DNA of 64,000 nucleotides from Paraspadella gotoi (Eukaryota; Animalia; Chaetognatha): assembly GCA_051294375.1 (NCBI GenBank), contig CM119263.1, forward strand, positions 22,532,833-22,596,832. The letters are read 5' to 3'. The notes beneath the pieces are model-generated. The model did not search any database, was not told the DNA's origin, and was given only the letters and a program-made list of their open reading frames with translations. Of the stretch, positions 61,601 through 64,000 are shown piece by piece; position 1 is the stretch's first letter, and each line of letters begins with the position of its first letter. The position numbers were made by a program, and so were the translations under genes.

Positions 61601-64000
61601 TTAATATTCAAATTTTTTCAAAAAAAAATTTACACGTTTAGCTCTTTTAAGGAAGTACCCTAAAACTTTTAATAATTAGTGGTTTAAGAAATTATAGTAT
61701 CTTTTTTCACATAAATATACTGAATCACTCTGATAAATAATAAAAAAAAGCTAACTGTATATATCTATTGCTCCAGTTGGAGAAAATACAATATTTTGAA
61801 TGATCGTCCTATTACGAGGAATCCTGAAGAGCGCGAAGTGACTTTCCGCCCACAGTCTTCTAATTTTTGATGTCATTATTCTTCACCCATCCATGTTTGC
61901 GTTATCACCCACTGGTCTTTCTCTTTGTTTTTTCCTTTAACATTTGGGTTGCAGCTACTCATACTGACTGGTCCTCCGATGTCTGATGGATCAGATAGAC
62001 GCTTTTAGGGGGCCGCAACCACTAAGCATGGCCAAGCGAGCTTAACAGTGCGCTTGCTGATGGTTGAAAGGAAATTTTGTGGAAGAACGTGTGAGAGACG
62101 CTAATGACGTATCACTATTGCCCACCTGGCTCAACGAAAATTTAGAGAGTTGTTCCAACAGCATGCCATGTTATTAGATTGTAAAAAAGAAGTAAACACA
62201 TTTTGAATAGACAAAATGAAAAATACAATTTATGAAGAGAGTGGGCTGAACACATATTTTTGAGTTTATCAATCGCGAAACGACCACTAAACGCTCCATC
62301 ACTCATTAATTTTTTTAAATATTTATTTATAAATTATCGGGGGAACATTGGAGTCCGTTCGCCAATATATTTTTATTAATTGTATGGTTAGGGGCCGATT
62401 TTCGTGAGGATGGGCACTTCTCTCTCTATGTGTCTGCCAGAGTGAACGGAGTCCGTACGGCAAAATAGGACAGATTCAGCTGTCGGCTTGACCGACGATT
62501 GCGTCCAAAAAAGCTGTGTTCCTTCACAAAGTATAAATTCTTTTCTTTCCGGGAATACATGAAAGAAGTACGATGAATGAAGGAGATTCCTCTGATATTT
62601 CCCGAGATTCTAATCAAACACGTTTAGATGTGTTGTATCTGTGTACAGTGGGGGAAGGTGATTAATTCATAGTATAGTTTTTAAACACAATTTGTATTAT
62701 CTCTCTAGATAAGAATAGTCTATTTTCATTACCACTTTCTCAATCGTACGCTATACTTATACCCATTTTTTTTCACGTATATAGAATGATATTTTATCAT
62801 TTTTAGTTAATGATTGTAAGTTTCCCTATTTACTTTTTTTTTTTAGGCTATATTTTTTCTCTTACATTTCTCTTTTACTTTTATAATACGCTTATTTATA
62901 GATAAGGCATGTAAAAACTAGATGGTGGGGGTTATGTTGTATGTATAGAAGCGATGACCTTAAATTTAGTGTATAAGTGGGTGAGTTTATAGTTTATCGT
63001 TAGATCGTATTTTAGATAATTATCATAATATTGTTTCTCGAGCTCTTGAATAATCTGAAATTTACTACTTCCCGTGATCATGCCTGGTATGGAACTCCGA
63101 AGAGCCTAAAGACACAAACACAGAAGTGTATGTTTATGTTATGTCTATTTTTCAGCACAAGTTATATTATAATACACTCTCTAAATTTCTTATTATTAAT
63201 CACATGTAGAGTTAAAATAAATAATGAAAATAGGTATAATAGTTGAGAGTAAATAATTTTGGTATATATTCGGTACTAAACATCTTATACTAGCACAAAT
63301 GTTGCTTATATTCTTCTATTAACACTGGAACCCCCAAATTGAAGGTTAAGCTTTTTTTTTACATATAGAGGAATATATATTATTGAATTACTTCATGTGT
63401 TTATTATATTGTTAATCTATCCTTGAATATGTAAAAGCTTTTTAGGAGTATATTCTATGTACTAAAATGTTTTTGATAGAGCCGACTCCTGTCTGGACCC
63501 TATTGTATATATTATAGTTTTAACTACATAAATTCCTTCATTAGTCCGCCACAACAACTCATTTTCTCTTATGAGAAACCTCTTAACTTGACCATCACTC
63601 TCTTATTGGTCACCGTATATATAATAAATTCTATTGTAATAACCTATTTTAGTTACACTTGAGATTGGAAATTGAATTATTCTCAAACAAATGTTGCGTA
63701 TAGGAATTTGCTGTGCTTTTTTAGCTTATTACATGGTACTAATGTTTTAGAACATTACTAAGGAATTATTAATTTTTGTTTAAGTTTTACCTGTTTTTAG
63801 GGTGTTTATCTAGCATGTTTTGATGCTTAAATGTTTTGGTTTCCAAAAGATACTTATTTGGAGAGCCAGTTTGAACACGTTAGGATTTGAAAAATACCAA
63901 TAATGCTGATAAGAAGGTGACATAAATTAAATGGGAAAGACAGCTCTAGAATGATTATATGTAAGATTTGGGTAAAGAAATTCGGTTGGCTCATGAGGGA

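Noticed and set aside
58900-64000. Search for upstream Dscam Ig exons
   Set aside because: No Ig-like exon recognised. Much of the region looks like low-accuracy long-read fill around the 25-N gap at 60681.

Overview
Eukaryotic (animal) draft-genome window: AT-rich, dense in microsatellites and with many N gaps. The main content is the 3' half of a Dscam (Down syndrome cell adhesion molecule) gene on the minus strand (~58658 down to 16988), which I rebuilt by hand from about 25 short GT-AG exons. The order is end of Ig9, FNIII 1-4, Ig10, FNIII 5-6, transmembrane segment, then a long multi-exon cytoplasmic tail. The tail has a vertebrate-DSCAM-like 'DPGIREFTGSPPRP' motif, a PPPY motif and a C-terminal PDZ-binding end (PTSV*). 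Candidate isoform switches are a 9-nt microexon between Ig10 and FN5, a tandem-duplicated splice donor, an exon open in two frames and a possible short terminal exon. From ~21.8 to 50 kb the tail exons occur in direct and inverted duplicates that differ mostly by indels and lie near 25-N gaps, most likely long-read gap-filling or haplotype artefacts. A non-autonomous hAT-type element with 16-bp TIRs and an 8-bp TSD lies at 10506-11659. No rRNA, tRNA or CRISPR array was found. All homology statements come from recalled family sequences, not from a database search.
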